Source: Chiloscyllium plagiosum (Eukaryota). Taken from it: DNA of 32,544 bases. The notes under the pieces are model-generated. The model had not been told where the DNA came from. It made no database searches and worked only from the letters and a program-made list of their open reading frames with translations. Location of the stretch: the NCBI RefSeq assembly GCF_004010195.1, contig NC_057720.1:19238775-19271318 (forward strand). The letters are read 5' to 3'. A program made the translations under genes and the position numbers. Numbering within the stretch: the first letter of the stretch is position 1; the number at the start of each line of letters is the position of its first letter. Shown here one piece after another: positions 11,408-24,411 of the stretch.

Positions 11408-11971
11408 TGCAAAACTTGGTAAGATTAAGGTTATGGTTGCTGCAGGATGGGAAGGTGCTTGGAGAACATCAGTCTAGAGACAGGCATGGATGTGGGTTTA
11501 CAGGCAGGTGAGCTGAAGCAAGGATGCTTCAGAATTGAAAGTGGGAGACGTACAGAGGATTTGAGGTGGTGGCGCATATTGGGACCAAATAGAATAAAGA
11601 ATTGTGGCATTAGCAAAATAGGTAAATGAAATTGATGGAACGAATACAGAGTTTGTGGTGGGATCGAAGATTATGGCATGAATTTTACTGGAGAAAATTG
11701 TAGCTTATCCAGAACTGGATGCCAGATACGCAGTCTGACAGAAAAGGGAAATAAGCTAGAATTCTACATAATGACCAGGAATGGAATTTCTTGTTCAAAT
11801 TGTGTACATAGAGATATTCATTTTAGCTATGGGATTATTAATTGAGATAACTTGCTTACCCTCACTGTCAAACCTCAGAGAAGAATAATGACCATTTGGG
11901 TGAGGGACAAAATGTGAATGGTGCCTGCAAAGCCATCCTCCTGATTTCGTTGTCAGATATAGGAATAACAC

Positions 11972-12870
11972 TAGTCATAAACCTGGTCCTTTTTTCTAAA
12001 AGCTGTTCCTTTTCTCAGGGATACTGTGTCCTTAGTTTTTTTCAGAGGGGTTGTAAACCACTCAGGCTCCGAATTGACTGGTTTGGTACAGAGTTGAAAG
12101 GCCTTTTTGTTTATATGTAGACAGATGAGACTTTAGGCCAAAGCTTATGTTTTTAGAAGTAATCTATGCGTGGCCAACTGTCGAGCTGAGCAGTTCAGTT
12201 CAGAAGTTTCCTTCTGCCCTTCTAACTTTAACCTGTAAGCCTTTGTTTCATTTTTACTGTGTTTAAGGGATGTGCTAATTGGGACTGTTGTGTATTTTCG
12301 GGACTGCATAATTAAGTCTAGTTTGGATAGATTGAGTTCTGCAAGTGTTCTTTATTCTGTTATTTGTGTTTCATTCCGTAATTTTGTGAATAAATTTTTG
12401 TCTGTTTCAAAACCTGGCAGTCAACCTTGCTATCTTACTGCAGGTCATTTTCACTGTACACTTACCGAAACAAATTGCAAAGTTATGATTAGATTCCCTA
12501 CCGTGTGGAAACAGGCCCTACGGCCCAACAAGTCCACATCGACCCTCCAAAGAGTAACCCACCCACACCCATTCCCCTACGCTATATTTACCCCTGACTA
12601 ATACACCTAACGCTAGGGGCAATTAAGCATGGCCAATTCACCTGACCTGCACATCTTTGGACCGTGGGAGGAAACCAGAGCACCCGGAGGAAGCCCACGC
12701 AGCCATGCAGAGAATGTGCAAACTCCACACAGACAGTGACCCGAGGCAGGAATCGAATCCGGGTCCCTGGTGCTGTGAGGCAGCAGTGTTCACCATTGAG
12801 CCACCGTGCTGCCTCTGTGCTGGGCTGCCTGTTTAAGAATGTTTTGAGTGGTCTGGCCTAGTCCATAACA
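11972..12870 (+). mobile_element. Possible solo LTR interrupted by a SINE
   Basis: Ends ...CATAACA at 12870; AATAAA at 12389 followed by T-rich sequence; left terminus and TSD not clean. Confidence 0.4.
12487..12813 (-). mobile_element. HE1/V-SINE (tRNA-derived)
   Basis: Minus strand: GGCAGCACGGTGGCTCAATGG A-box, GATTCGATTCC B-box, V domain TGTGTGGAGTTTGCACATTCTC, CR1-like tail, AATCTAATC end. Confidence 0.93.
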
Positions 12871-13109
12871 CATCTAATCTATAACTAACCTGACAAAAAG
12901 TAGATGATTGCACCAACTACATTCTCTAGCATTAGAATTGGTCTTGAACTCGATTAGAACAGGAGTAGGTCTTTTGACCCCCATGGGCCTGTATACCAGT
13001 GAAAGCATCATGGCAGATCTTATACTGTCTGTACTTAGCAAGGCTCTTAGCTTTATTCCTCTGCATCCCATCGCAACGAATTTTGGGCATGACATGACAT
13101 TGAACTCTT

Positions 13110-14018
13110 GTGGATGTGGAAGGATGGGTTAGTAAATTTGTGGATGACACTAAGGTAGGCAGAGTTGTGGATAATGCAGAAGGATGTTGTGGGTTACAGA
13201 GGGACATAGATAAGATGCAGAGCTGGGCTGAGAAATGGCAAATGGAGTTTAATGTGGAAAAGTGAGAGGTAGTTCACTTCAAAAGAAGTAACAGGAATGA
13301 GAGTACTGGACTAATGGTAAAACTCTTGGCAGTGTAGATGAACAGAGAGATCTTGGTGTCCAGGAGCATAAATCCCTGAAAGTTGCCACCCAGGTTGATA
13401 GGGTTGTTAAGAAGGCATATGGTGTGTTGGCATTTATTAGTAGGGAGATTGAGTTTCGGAGCCATGAGGTCATGCTTCAGCTGTACAAGACTCTGGTAAG
13501 GCCGCACCTGGAGTATTATGTACGGTTCAGGTCACCGCATTATAGGAAGGACGTGGAAGCTTCGGAAAGGATTCAGAGGAGATTTACTAGGATGTTGCCT
13601 GGTATGGACTTACGAGGAAAGGCCGAGGGAACTGAGGCTGTTTTTGTTGGAAAGAAGAAGGTTGAGCGGTGACTTAATCGAGACATATAAAATAATCAGA
13701 AGCTTAGATAAGGTGGACAGTAAGAGCCTTTTTCCTTGGATGGTGAAGGCTAACATGAGGGGACATAGCTTTAAATTGAGGGTTGATAGATTTAGGATAG
13801 ATATCGGGTAGTTCTTTACTCAGAGTAGTAGGGGTGTGGAACGGCCTGCCTGCAACAGTAGTAGACCTATCGACGTTAAGGGCATTTAAATGGGTATTGG
13901 GACATACATATGGATAGTAAAGGAATGGTGTGGTTAGATGGGGATCATATTCATTTTACAGGTCAGTGCAACATTGAGGGCTGAAGGACCTGTACTACAC
14001 TGTAACATTCTATGTTCT
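13110..14018 (+). mobile_element. 5'-truncated CR1 LINE
   Basis: GWVSKFVDDTKVG, LYKTLVRPHLEY, QRRFTRMLPG, RRLSGDLIETYKI; TTCTATGTTCT tail. Confidence 0.93.
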
Positions 14019-14280
14019 TCTTCCATCACTTCCGTCTGCATGCACATTTCTTTGGATAAGAGTCCTATCCCTGTCCCACAGACCCTTTCACATACCTCCA
14101 ACATACTCCCTCCACTTGGACCCCTCCCTCTGGCCTTTTACCTGTTTATCAAAAGCGGTCAATGTTATATTGGTTGCTTTAATTTCTCTGCCCCCACTTA
14201 CCCACTCAAACCTATTGTCTCTGAACTGATTACACTTGGTGCTCTCAGATCTGACTCTGACTTTGTTTGGTGCACTGACC

Positions 14281-14410
14281 TTCCTGATGAAGGGCTTTTG
14301 CCCGAAACGTCGATTTTACTGCTCCTCGGATGCTGACTGAACTGCTGTGCTCTTCCAGCACCACTAATCCAGAATCTGGTTTCCAGCATCTGCAGTCATT
14401 GTTTTTATCT
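14281..14410 (+). mobile_element. Short non-autonomous repeat beginning with a hammerhead motif
   Basis: ~130-bp insert colinear with 19781-19905; interrupts the Penelope reading frame. Confidence 0.8.
14282..14313 (+). ncRNA. Minimal hammerhead ribozyme motif, intact core
   Basis: CTGATGA (14284-90), extra A, stem II GGGC-TTTT-GCCC, GAAA (14304-07), CG, TC cleavage site (14310-11). Stem I only 2 bp (TC/GA), so activity is uncertain. Confidence 0.6.
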
Positions 14411-16272
14411 ACATTGCAGAGGCCGAGTTGCCAGCTCTCAGATACATCCTGCTATCTCACCCTTGACCATGACCTCACTATTGAACACCAGCCTAGTGTA
14501 TTCACAATAGTCAGTCATCTCATTTCATCTGGTGATCTCCAACATCGCACCCCCATCTACCCCCCATCACCACCACCCCTGTCTGCAAGCTCTCAGATCC
14601 CAGAATCCCCTACAGCCTGCTTCTACCTCCTTCCCAAAATCCATAAACTGAACTTCCCAACTTTTTTTATCTCCCTTTATTCAGTCCTTTTCCACTTACG
14701 TCCGCAATTCTTCTGACACTTTATATCAGTTTTAGAATTTCCAGTTTGCAAGCTCCAGCTGAGACCCCTTCATGGAATCTCTTTACACTTCCATCCCCCA
14801 TCAGGATGGTCTCAGGGCTGTCTGCGTCTTCCTGGAAAAAGGTACTAAACCATTCTCCTCCTCCACCTGGCTGAGCTTGTCCTCGCATTGAACACATTTT
14901 CCTTAACCCCTCAATTTATTCAGATGAAAGGTATGACCATGGGTATCTGCATGGGCCGCAGTTATGCCTGCCTTTTTGTGAGATGCATGAAACATTCCTT
15001 GCTCCAGTCCTCCTTAGGCCCCACCCATACCTCTTTCTCCGGTACGTTAATGACATTGTCGGTTCCTCTCTCTCATCCGGAATTGCAAAAGTCCATCAAT
15101 TTTGCTTCCAATTTTCATGTTGCTCTCAACTTCACCTAGTCTGTCTCAGACTACTCCCTTCCTGTTCAACATATCTGTTTCCATTTCTGGGGATAGGCTG
15201 GCTACCAATACCGACCACAAATCAAATGACTCCCACAGTTACCTCAACTATATATCTTCACATCTGTAACTCTATCCCATTCTTGCAGTTTCTCTGTCTC
15301 TGTCACATTTGTTTTAATTAAGCCCCCTTCTGGGTAGGGGGAAGGCTCTTACCTGTCCACCTTTCTCAGTTGTCCACCTTCCTCAGTTATCCACCGCTGT
15401 CCTTGACAGTGCCCTCAGCTGGGTTTGGCCCACCCCCCACACTTCAGCCCTCACCCCTTCTCTTCCCACCTAAAACACCAGTAGGATCCCTGTGGTCCTC
15501 AGATACCACCCAACCAGCATCTACATTGAAATGGAATATTAGCCGCCATGTCTACCATCCCCAGTGGATGGTACCATCAGACACTTATTCCCCTCCTCAC
15601 CCTCGTCAGCTTTCCACAGGGAGCATTCCCTCTGATTCACTCCCTCTCCACTCCTATCACCTCCCCATATCCTCATGGCACCTTCCCATGCAATTGCAGA
15701 AGATGCAACACCTACCCATTTACTTCCTCGTCACTATCGAAGACCCCAGACATACCTTCCAGGTGAAGCAGCAATTTACCTTCACTTCAGTTAATCTAGT
15801 CTATTGTTTGCTGCTCACAATGTGGTCTCTACAAAACAGACTGGGCAACCATTTTTCAGAACATGTACGTTCTGTCTGCAAATTGACCCTGAGCTTCCTG
15901 TTGCCTGCCACTTCCAACACACCACCATGCTCCCTGGCCAACATCCCTCTCTTAGGCTTGCTGCAATACTCCGCCAAAGCTCAGCGTAACTGGGGGCCCT
16001 ACAGTCTTTTGAACTCAAAATGGACTTCAGCTGTTTTACGACCACGTCTCCCATGTCCTTCCCCCAACTCCTGCACGCCAGGTCTTGTCATCATGTGGGA
16101 TGCTACCATAAACAATCCTGTTAGCGGATATTCATTCTCCCAGGCTGACCTTCATCCATTGATTTGTCTGCCCAATTGCTGTTCTCTCTCTCTGGGCTGC
16201 ACGTCCACCTATTGTTTACTGTAAACAAAACTCAAACATTAACTCTGATTTGTGTACACATGTTGTCAGGCT

Positions 16273-18925
16273 TCATAAAGAAGCACAGCACGGAAACAGA
16301 CCCTTTGGTCCACTTGTCCATGCTGACCAGATATCCTGGCCTAATCTAGTCCGATTTGCCAGCACTTGGCCCATTTCGTTCTAAAACCCTTCCTATTAAT
16401 ATACCTATCCAGATGCCTTTTAAGTGCTACAATTGTACCAGCCTCCAAGACTTTCTCTGTCAGCTCGTTCCATACATGCACCACCCTCTGCATGAAAATG
16501 TTGCCCCTTAGGTCCCTATTATACCTTTCCCTTCTCACACTAAACCTCTGTCCTCTATAAATAGACAAATAGACTTTGTCTATATATCCTATCCATGCCC
16601 CTCATGATTTCATAAACCTCTATAAGGTCACCCCTCAGTCTCTGACGCTCCAGGGAAAACAGCCCCAGCCTATTCAGCCTCTCCCTATAGCTAAAATCCT
16701 TCAACCCTGGTAACATCCTTGAAAGGGTTCAGAAAAGATTTACAAATTTCACAGCATCCTTCCGCTAGGGAGAAGACCAGATTTGCACATAATATTTCAA
16801 AAGTGGCCTAACCTATGTCCGTACAGCCATAACATGACCTCCCAACTCCTATACTCCATGCTCTGACCAAAGAGAAAAGCATACCAAATGCCGCCTTCAC
16901 TATCCTATCTACCTGCGACTCCACTTTCAAGGAACTATGAACCTGCACTCCAAGGTCTCTTTGTTCAGCAACACTCCTGAGGACCTTACCACCAAGTCCT
17001 GCTCTGATTTGCTTTTCCAAAATGTAGTACCTCACATTTATCTAAATTAAATTCCATCTGTCACTCCTCAGCCCATTGGCCCGTCTGATCAAGATTCCAT
17101 TGTACACTGAGGTAACCTCCTTCACTGTCCACTACGCCGGGCAGCACGGTGGCACTGCTGCCTCTCAGCGCCAGAGACCCGGGTTCAGTTCCCGCCTCAG
17201 GCGATTGACTGTGTGGAGTTTGCACATTCTCCCCGTGTCTGCGTGGGTTTCCTCCAGGTGCTCCAGTTTCCTCCCACAGTACAAAGATGTGCAGGTCAGG
17301 TGAATTGGCCATGCTAAATTGTCCGTAGTGTTAGGTAAGGGGTAAATGTAGGGGTATGGGTGGGGTGGTTTGCGCTTCGGCGGGTCGGTGTGGACTTGTT
17401 GGGCCAAAGGGCCTGTTTCCACACTGTTAAGTAATCTAATCTAACCTCCAATTTTGCTGTCCTCTGCAAATTTACTAACTATACCTCTTATGTTCACATC
17501 CAAATCATTTATTTAAATGTCAAAATGTAGAGGACCCAGCACCAATCCTTGTGACATTCCACTGGTTACAGGCCTCCAGACTGAAAAGCAAACCTGCACC
17601 ACCACCGTCTGTCTTCTACCTTTGAGCCAATTCTGTATCCAAATGGCTAGTTCTGCCTGCATTCCATGAGATGTAACCTTGCTAACCTGTCTCCTGTGGG
17701 AAACCTTGTCGAATGCCTTAGTGAAGTCAATATAGATCACATCCACTGCGCTGCCCTCATCAATCCTCTTTGTTACTTCTTCAAAAAAGTCAATCAAGTT
17801 CATGAGACATGAGTTCTCATGGACAAAGCCATGCTGACTATGCCTAATCAGTCCTTGTGTTTCCAAATACATGTAAATCTTGTCCCTCAGAATTCCCTCC
17901 AACAATGTGCCCACCACCGATGTCAGGCTCACCGGTCTATAGTTCCCTGGCTTTTCCTTACCACCCTTCTTAAGTAATGATATCACACTAGCCAACTTCC
18001 AGTCTTTCGGCACTCACCTGTGACTATCAATGATACAAATATCCCAGCAAGGGGACCATAAATCACTTCCCTAGCTTCCCACAGATGTCTAAGGGTATAT
18101 CTGATCAGATCCTGGGAATTTATCCACTTTTATGCTTTTCAAGACATCCAGCACTTCCTCCTTTGTAATATGGACATTTTTCAAGATGTCACCGCCTATT
18201 TCCCCCCTTTCTATTATCTTCCATGTCCTTCTCCACAGTAAACACTGATGCAAAATACTTGTTTAGTATCTCCCCCTGTCCTGCGACTCCACACATAGGG
18301 GCTGCCCAGTTGATCTTTGAGGAGTCATATTCTCTCCCTAGTTACCCTTTTGTCCTTAATGTATTTGTAAAATCCCCTTTGGATTCTCCTTCACTCTATT
18401 TGCGAAAGCTATTTCATGTCCCCGTTTTGCCCTCCTGATTTCCCTCTTAAGTATACTCCTATTGCCTTTATACTCTTCTAAGGATTCTCTCGATCTATCC
18501 TGTCTATATCTGACATATGCTTCCTTCCTTTTCTTAACCAAACCCTCAATTTCTTTAGTTATCCAGCATTCCCAACACCTACTAGCCTTGCCTTTCAACC
18601 TAACAGGAACATGCTGTCTCTGGACTCTCGTTATCACATTTTTGAAGACTTCCCATTTTTCAGCTGTCCCTTTACCTGCGAACATCTGCCCCCAGTCAGC
18701 TTTTGAAAATTCTTGTCTAATGCCATCAAAATTAGCCTTCCTCCAATTTAGAATCTCAACTTTTAGATCTGGTCTATCCTTTCCCTTCACTGTTTTAAAA
18801 CTAATAGAATTATGGTCACTGGCCCAAAAGTGCTTCCCCACTAACACCTCAGTCACCTGCCCTGTCTTATTTCCCAAGAGTAGGTCAAGTTTTGCCTGTT
18901 CTCTAGTAGGAATGTCCACATACTG
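16273..18925 (-). mobile_element. Long CR1 LINE copy (end of APE endonuclease, RT, 3' tail), decayed
   Basis: PTREQAKLDLLL, SDHNSISF, NYRPVSLTS, SQHGF, DFTKAFDKV, ERYNRDLRGNIF; tail ends ~16273. Confidence 0.95.
17139..17444 (+). mobile_element. HE1/V-SINE nested in CR1; A-box partly deleted
   Basis: GGGCAGCACGGTGGCACTGCTGCC start, GGTTCAGTTCC B-box, V domain, tail AAGTAATCTAATCTAA; host CR1 resumes at 17445. Confidence 0.93.
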
Positions 18926-19024
18926 AATTGCTCAGTTTTCCAACAATTTCTTCTTCTGTTTACGGTACATCTTATGACCACAACCCCAGATTCCTACTTA
19001 TTCTAATGACTTATAAAGGACTCG

Positions 19025-19390
19025 AAGGATCTATCCACATTTGCCTTAAAAATAATAAACATCCCTCGCTCCACCAGTCACAGTTACTCAACCCTCAAGA
19101 GAAAAGATTCTCCTAATTTCTGTCTTAAATGGGTGACCTCTTCGCTGGTTCTGATCATGCACAGGAGAGGAAACAACCTTTCAGCATCCAACCTGTCAAA
19201 ATTGCTTAGAACCTTGTATGTTTCAATAAGATTACGTACAAGCTTCCAATTCAGGAGTATAAATAGGCCAGTCAGTCCCTTGAGTCTATTCCACATTCAA
19301 TAAAATCATGGCTAATTTGTTTATATTTTGAATTCCACATTCCCATCTATACCCCAACAATCTTTGATTCTCTCACCTCACAAGGATCCT
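19025..19390 (-). mobile_element. Old CR1 3' fragments
   Basis: NLIETYKVLSNFDRLDAERLFPL on minus; 19250-19390 resembles the tail at 32366-32544. Confidence 0.65.
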
Positions 19391-19698
19391 GGGGCTCTGA
19401 CACACTTTAAGGCTCATACATCTCACTGGTAATTATCCTGAAAATCTGGGCAATTACTAAACGAGACTTCGGTATGCAAGGCACAATTTCAACATCTTCA
19501 GATGATACAGAGCTTGAGATTGTGTAGCCTCTTGATGTCCGATCTTAGAGTGGTGGCTTCCTTTAAGAATGATCCTGCTAGACACTGTCTTGTTTTTCCC
19601 TGTGGTTCTCAAATGTTTTGTCTTTTTTTTTCAAAGGCCATAATTGAATCTGCTGCCACTACTGTGGTCAGACAATACTTTATCAGAATCAAAAGCAT

Positions 19699-19905
19699 GG
19701 TGCTGGAAAAGCACAGCCAGTTAGGCAGCATCCAAGAAGCAGGAGAGTCGATGTTTTGAGCATAAGCTGTTCATCACGTTCCTGATGAAGAGCTTATGCT
19801 CAAAACATCGACTCTCCTGCTCCTTAAATGCTGCCTGGCCTGCTGTGCTTTTCCAGCACCAAACATTTTCACTGATTTCCTGCATCTGCAGTCCTCACTT
19901 TCTCC
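19699..19905. repeat. Back-to-back inverted pair of hammerhead-bearing short repeats
   Basis: Arms 19699-19776 and 19783-19860 are reverse complements, with 6-nt spacer CGTTCC. Confidence 0.9.
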
Positions 19906-21005
19906 TAGTACCTTATCAGATCCTAATCCTAATTTTGAAATTTCTGAGATTCTGGAGAGATCCCATTGGATTGGAAAAACCCCCAGATGTACATAGAACA
20001 TAGAAGCATACAGCACAGTACAGGCCCTTTGGCCCTCGATGTTGTGCCGATCCAAGCCCACCTAACCTACACTAGCCCACTATCCTCCATATGCCTATCC
20101 AATGCCCGCTTAAATGCCCATAAAGAGGGAGAGTCCACCACTGCTACTGGCAGGGCATTCCATGAACTCACGACTCGCTGAGTAAAGAACCTACCCCTAA
20201 CATCTGTCCTATACCTACCACCCCTTAATTTAAAGCTATGCCCCCTTGTAATAGCTGACTCCATACGTGGAAAAAGGTTCTCATGGTCAACCCTATCTAA
20301 ACCCCTGATCATCTTGTACACCTCTATCAAGTCACCCCTAAACCTTTTTTCTCCAATGAAAACAGCCCCAATTGCCTCAGCCTTTCCTCATACGATCTTC
20401 CTACCATACCAGGCAACATCCTGGTAGACCTCCTCTGCACCCGTTCCAGTGCCTCCACATCCTTCCTATAGTATGGCGACCAAAACTGCAAACAATACTC
20501 CAGGTGCGGCCGCACCAGAGTCTTATACAACTGCAACATGATCTCAGGACTCCGGAACTCAATTCCTCTACCAATAAAAGCCAGTACGCCATATGCCTTC
20601 TTCACTGCACTATTTACCTGGTTGGCAACTTTCAAAGATCTGTGTACATGGAAACCAAGATCCCTCTACTCATCCACACTACCTAGTATCCGACCATTAG
20701 CCCAGTACCCCATCTTTTGTAATGCCCTTATTCAAGATGGAAAAAATTATAAGTCAGCCTGACTTTTGATATTGGGAAAATGTTGAAATCTACTGAGGAA
20801 AAACTAGCAGGGCATTTTAAAAAACCAAAATTCAAATCAGGCAAAGTCAACATGGGTTTACAAACAGGATACCATGTTTGACAAATTTATTAGTGTTGTT
20901 TGAGGATATAAACAGGCCGAGTGGACATGGGAAACAGCAGATCTGGTGCACGTGGATTTTCAAGCCACATGATAAGATTTCTGATTGAGGAATTGGAAAT
21001 CAATG
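19906..21005 (+). mobile_element. Old CR1 RT fragment split by a younger CR1
   Basis: DSGEIPLDWK (~19946-19975) continues after 20718 as MPLFK...IRQSQHGF...CLTNLL...VDFQ. Confidence 0.75.
19992..20717 (-). mobile_element. 5'-truncated young CR1 LINE
   Basis: KVANQVNSAVKKAYG...LYKTLVRPHLEYC...FFTQRVVSSWNALP; tail TTCTATGTTCTATG; possible TSD TGTA at 19988-91 and 20718-21. Confidence 0.95.
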
Positions 21006-22939
21006 ATAGCCATTCCCCCAGCCACCCAAGTCCCTTGCTGCTAACTCCCTATACCACTCCTCCTGATCCCTACCACATACCACCATTCCTGACATTATCT
21101 GTGATTTGTTAGCTCCTCATTCCTCGAACCCCTGTTACTGGTATTTCAGCATAGATTGATCGATAGCTAGAGAGATATCAGGCAATACCTCCAATAGCTC
21201 AACAACATTCCACCCAAAATATCTGGCCACCTTAGAGTAGGGGAAGTAGCAATGATAGGTAAAATGCAACAGAACCGTTTTTCAGCACGTGAGTAGGAAG
21301 GCAGGAAGTGGAGAGGATTGTACTTTTAGATTGCCAGGTGACATTCCCAGAAATTGGAAATTTTTGCGATGTAAGTTGTAAGACAATAAAGAAGCAAGTT
21401 TGTGTTATTTCAAGTACCCAACACATCATTTTGAGAGTGATAGCAAACATCAGATCTACAGGTTGCTGTAGGAGTGATGCCAAAAGCCTAACTTACCTTG
21501 CTATGTAAGCCTCTCCCACTGAAGATTCTGATATCCTATTGGCTCTGCACAACTCCATGCACCTTCATAGATGTACAATTCTGGTGACGCATGGAGACCA
21601 AGGATGACATTTTTTTTGTCCGTTTCTCTCCATTCTTTTTAGTACATTTAATATTTGAAAGGAAACTTCTATTTTATGAAATTGCATAGCTTTAGAAAAA
21701 AATGCATTGAGATACGATATCAACTGCAATGAGAAGTAAGTAGATTTGCTGAAAATTTAACAGAACATGTTCCTTAACTTTTTCAAATCTACTTTTTCCT
21801 CTTCATTGGAAAGACTTATATTTTCAAAACTTGCTTGGTCTTAGAACATCACCATTATCATTTTACAGCAAATTCATTATGCTTGAAATATTGCAGCTTT
21901 CCCTTCTACACATTTCTATTAAATATACAAAAGAAGGATTTAGTTTTATGTTTGCAGCATGTTCACAAATGCAAATTTGTTGACTTTCTCAGTGTGACAT
22001 TTTGTTCAGAAATCTATCTCATGCTTTATGCATTCAACTGAATTATGCATCATTCCTGCTGTTTCAAAGATAAGTTGATATTTCCTGCATACAAACAAGA
22101 CTACGATAAAAGATTCGTAATGCTAGATTTGCATTTTTCAAAAGTCTCAGACTAATCAAAGGTGAATGCATTAAAATATTATGCAGCATGATGCTGACGC
22201 AGCCAGCCCAAGGCGATCTCCAAGGTTGATCCCTGACATCTGTTGGTATAGTTGCCTCTGGGCACAGTAGCAACAGCAGGATGTCATAAAATGCCTTTAT
22301 GTCCCACAGCAAAATGGAGAGAATTGTTATCTGTAAATTGTTATCTATTTGTTCATGCTCTGTAGTGTGATGAAGAACAGAAACACAATCCCTCTTTTAC
22401 AAGTCAGAGGGGACTGTGGCTGTTTGAAAAGCTGATGAGAGATCAACTAACTCAGCAAACATTGGTAATTTAATTGAAAATCTTCTTGCTCTCTTTGGCC
22501 TTGTAATGAGATGTAAACTTTGAGTAATCAAAATTTAATAAAAATAATTATTTTAATGTTCCTTGCTGATGGAAGCATTAGAATTGTTTTATGAAATCAG
22601 TTTCCCATTTTTTAACCCCTTAATTTTGGCAGACACAAAAGAAGTATCAAGATCCCTAAATGCCCAAATAACAGTTTAAATTGAAAGTAATCCTAATTCT
22701 GCCATTTTATTCAACAATGTTAATGGATCTTCCCTGCATGAAGCTGATAATGGGCAGGATTCTCTGTGTGTATAGGCATCCTGTGGCTGCATTCAATGAA
22801 CCAAACTAAGATTTGGCACTGGTAACAATTTTCATGCTTTAAAACAAGTTGAGCTTGTGCACAATAAAATAACCAACTCCTTGTCTTCCAAAGCTATATA
22901 CTAATATTCTTTAGTCTTCTAGTTTAGCTGAGTTGTTAA

Positions 22940-24229
22940 CCTATTTATTTTAAAATGCATTAATGTCTGTCTTTATTAGAGTGTCACAGCTGTATGTCAT
23001 ACAGAATTCAGATTTTATTAACATCCAACCTGAGCTCCTATTCACCCTGCGTGCATCAGATAGTTGCTGGATGAGTAATTGTTTTATCCTGACTTACTAC
23101 CTAAAATATTACTATACCAGCATTTCAGGAACATGTGTAATTTGTGTAGCATCATTTTAAATCTGACATTATGAACCCAATAGGACCTGAAGTCACTGCT
23201 TTTCTGCAGCTGGTAAGCACGCTGTCTTCCTCTTCCCTTCCCCTTTGAAGTCATTGATTCTTGGTGAGATTTATTAGTGGAAGTATGCTAGGATCTCACT
23301 GGATAGATGAATTAACATGAAGCAAAAGGTCTTTCTCCATAATTCTCTTGTGACATGCAACGGAGTGCTGTACAACTACATCATAAGTTTCTATAGGAAC
23401 TGTATGTATAAAATGCAGAATTAGAACATTCAATGGAAAAGTTGAAAATGTTTATAAAAAAAAGCAGTGTACAACTTTAAGATAAGGGCAGAATTATCAA
23501 CCTGTTCTGGTTCAACTAACTCATCGTTTAACACTCATTCATTTTGTTTCCACTTCCCATATGAGAACAACTAGTCACTAGAAAAAAACTTCAACAGTCA
23601 GCCATTGTAAAGAAATGGTGCATTTTCTTTTACTAGATTACATTAATACACTTTCTGCACTGTAATTCTGCAGTACTGCATAAAATATCATTTGTAATTG
23701 TCTTTGTTTTTACATAAACCTATTTACACATTCTTGATTGATATTACAGTAAGAAAATATATTAAATGACTGAAACCTTCTGGCAAAAGCAATTACCTTA
23801 TTTGATATTTACAACAACCAACATTTAAAGAAACATCATTTGACCATTTACCCATTGCATGCTTGCAACTTTCAGGCATGGGGCCTGAACTATCACTTGG
23901 GGATAGCTACATAGAGTCTCCTCCAAGTATCCTTATTATTTTGGCTACACGATACCTTTTAATGAAAATTAAAACCCATCGCAACCATGTTTCAAAGGAT
24001 TAATATGAGACAACAGGAACATTCTATGGAGTGCTTCCAAATTTTATCCTGCCATTAGTTACTTCTAAGAATTTATTTGGAATGTTAAACTTGTGCAAGC
24101 AGAAGCTACTGAAATCCAGTCCTAGGCAGCGAGTGGCTAAAACACTGACTGTTTCTTGATTATGGTTGAATATATTAGGAAGTGTGCTTCGACCACAGAC
24201 AATCTTCTAGGTTGTATTTCCAGGGATCT
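22940..24229 (-). other. Probable 3' UTR of the NSP-family gene
   Basis: AT-rich, no recognisable repeats downstream of the stop; minus-strand AATAAA at 23275-70, 23019-14, 22977-72, 22949-44. True end not determinable. Confidence 0.5.
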
Positions 24230-24411
24230 TTAGTGCTGTGCATGTCGAAGTGGTGACGGCGGTTCAAGTTTCCGTGACAAAGCTATCAAAATCATCATGA
24301 ACTTTTCATAACGTTCACTTTGGTTAACCTGTGCTCCTTTGCTTCCCCACAACAGCCTCATTGCAAACTCTGTCTGAAATGTCTCAAGAAGTTCTTCATC
24401 AGACTCGAAAC
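24230..24411 (-). CDS. NSP-family (BCAR3 homolog; BCAR3/SH2D3A/SH2D3C) terminal coding exon
   Basis: Acceptor TTTATTCTTAG at 24412; (G)FESDEELLETFQTEFAMRLLWGSKGAQVNQSERYEKF...ALSRKLEPP...*; TAA at 24232-24230; phase fits the previous exon. Confidence 0.95.

Larger units (their letters stand above)
14015..16220 (+). mobile_element. Decayed Penelope-like element (N-terminal region, RT, GIY-YIG remnant), interrupted at 14281-14410
   Basis: FFHHFRLHAHFFG, QLSDTSCY, FYLLPKIHK, SLYTSIPHQDGL, GMTMGICMGRSYACLFV, FLRYVNDIVG, FPCNCRRCNT, NLVYC, RLGNHFSEH. Confidence 0.85.

Noticed and set aside
11420..11720. Possible old LINE fragment continuous with 9100-9190
   Set aside because: No convincing motif readable by eye; left unclassified.
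15370..16224. 284-aa ORF as a host gene
   Set aside because: Lies in decayed Penelope sequence and is only partly in the endonuclease frame.
23195..23220. Plus-strand acceptor and donor 3 nt apart (TTTTCTGCAG-CTG-GTAAGC)
   Set aside because: No partner exons on that strand; probably chance.
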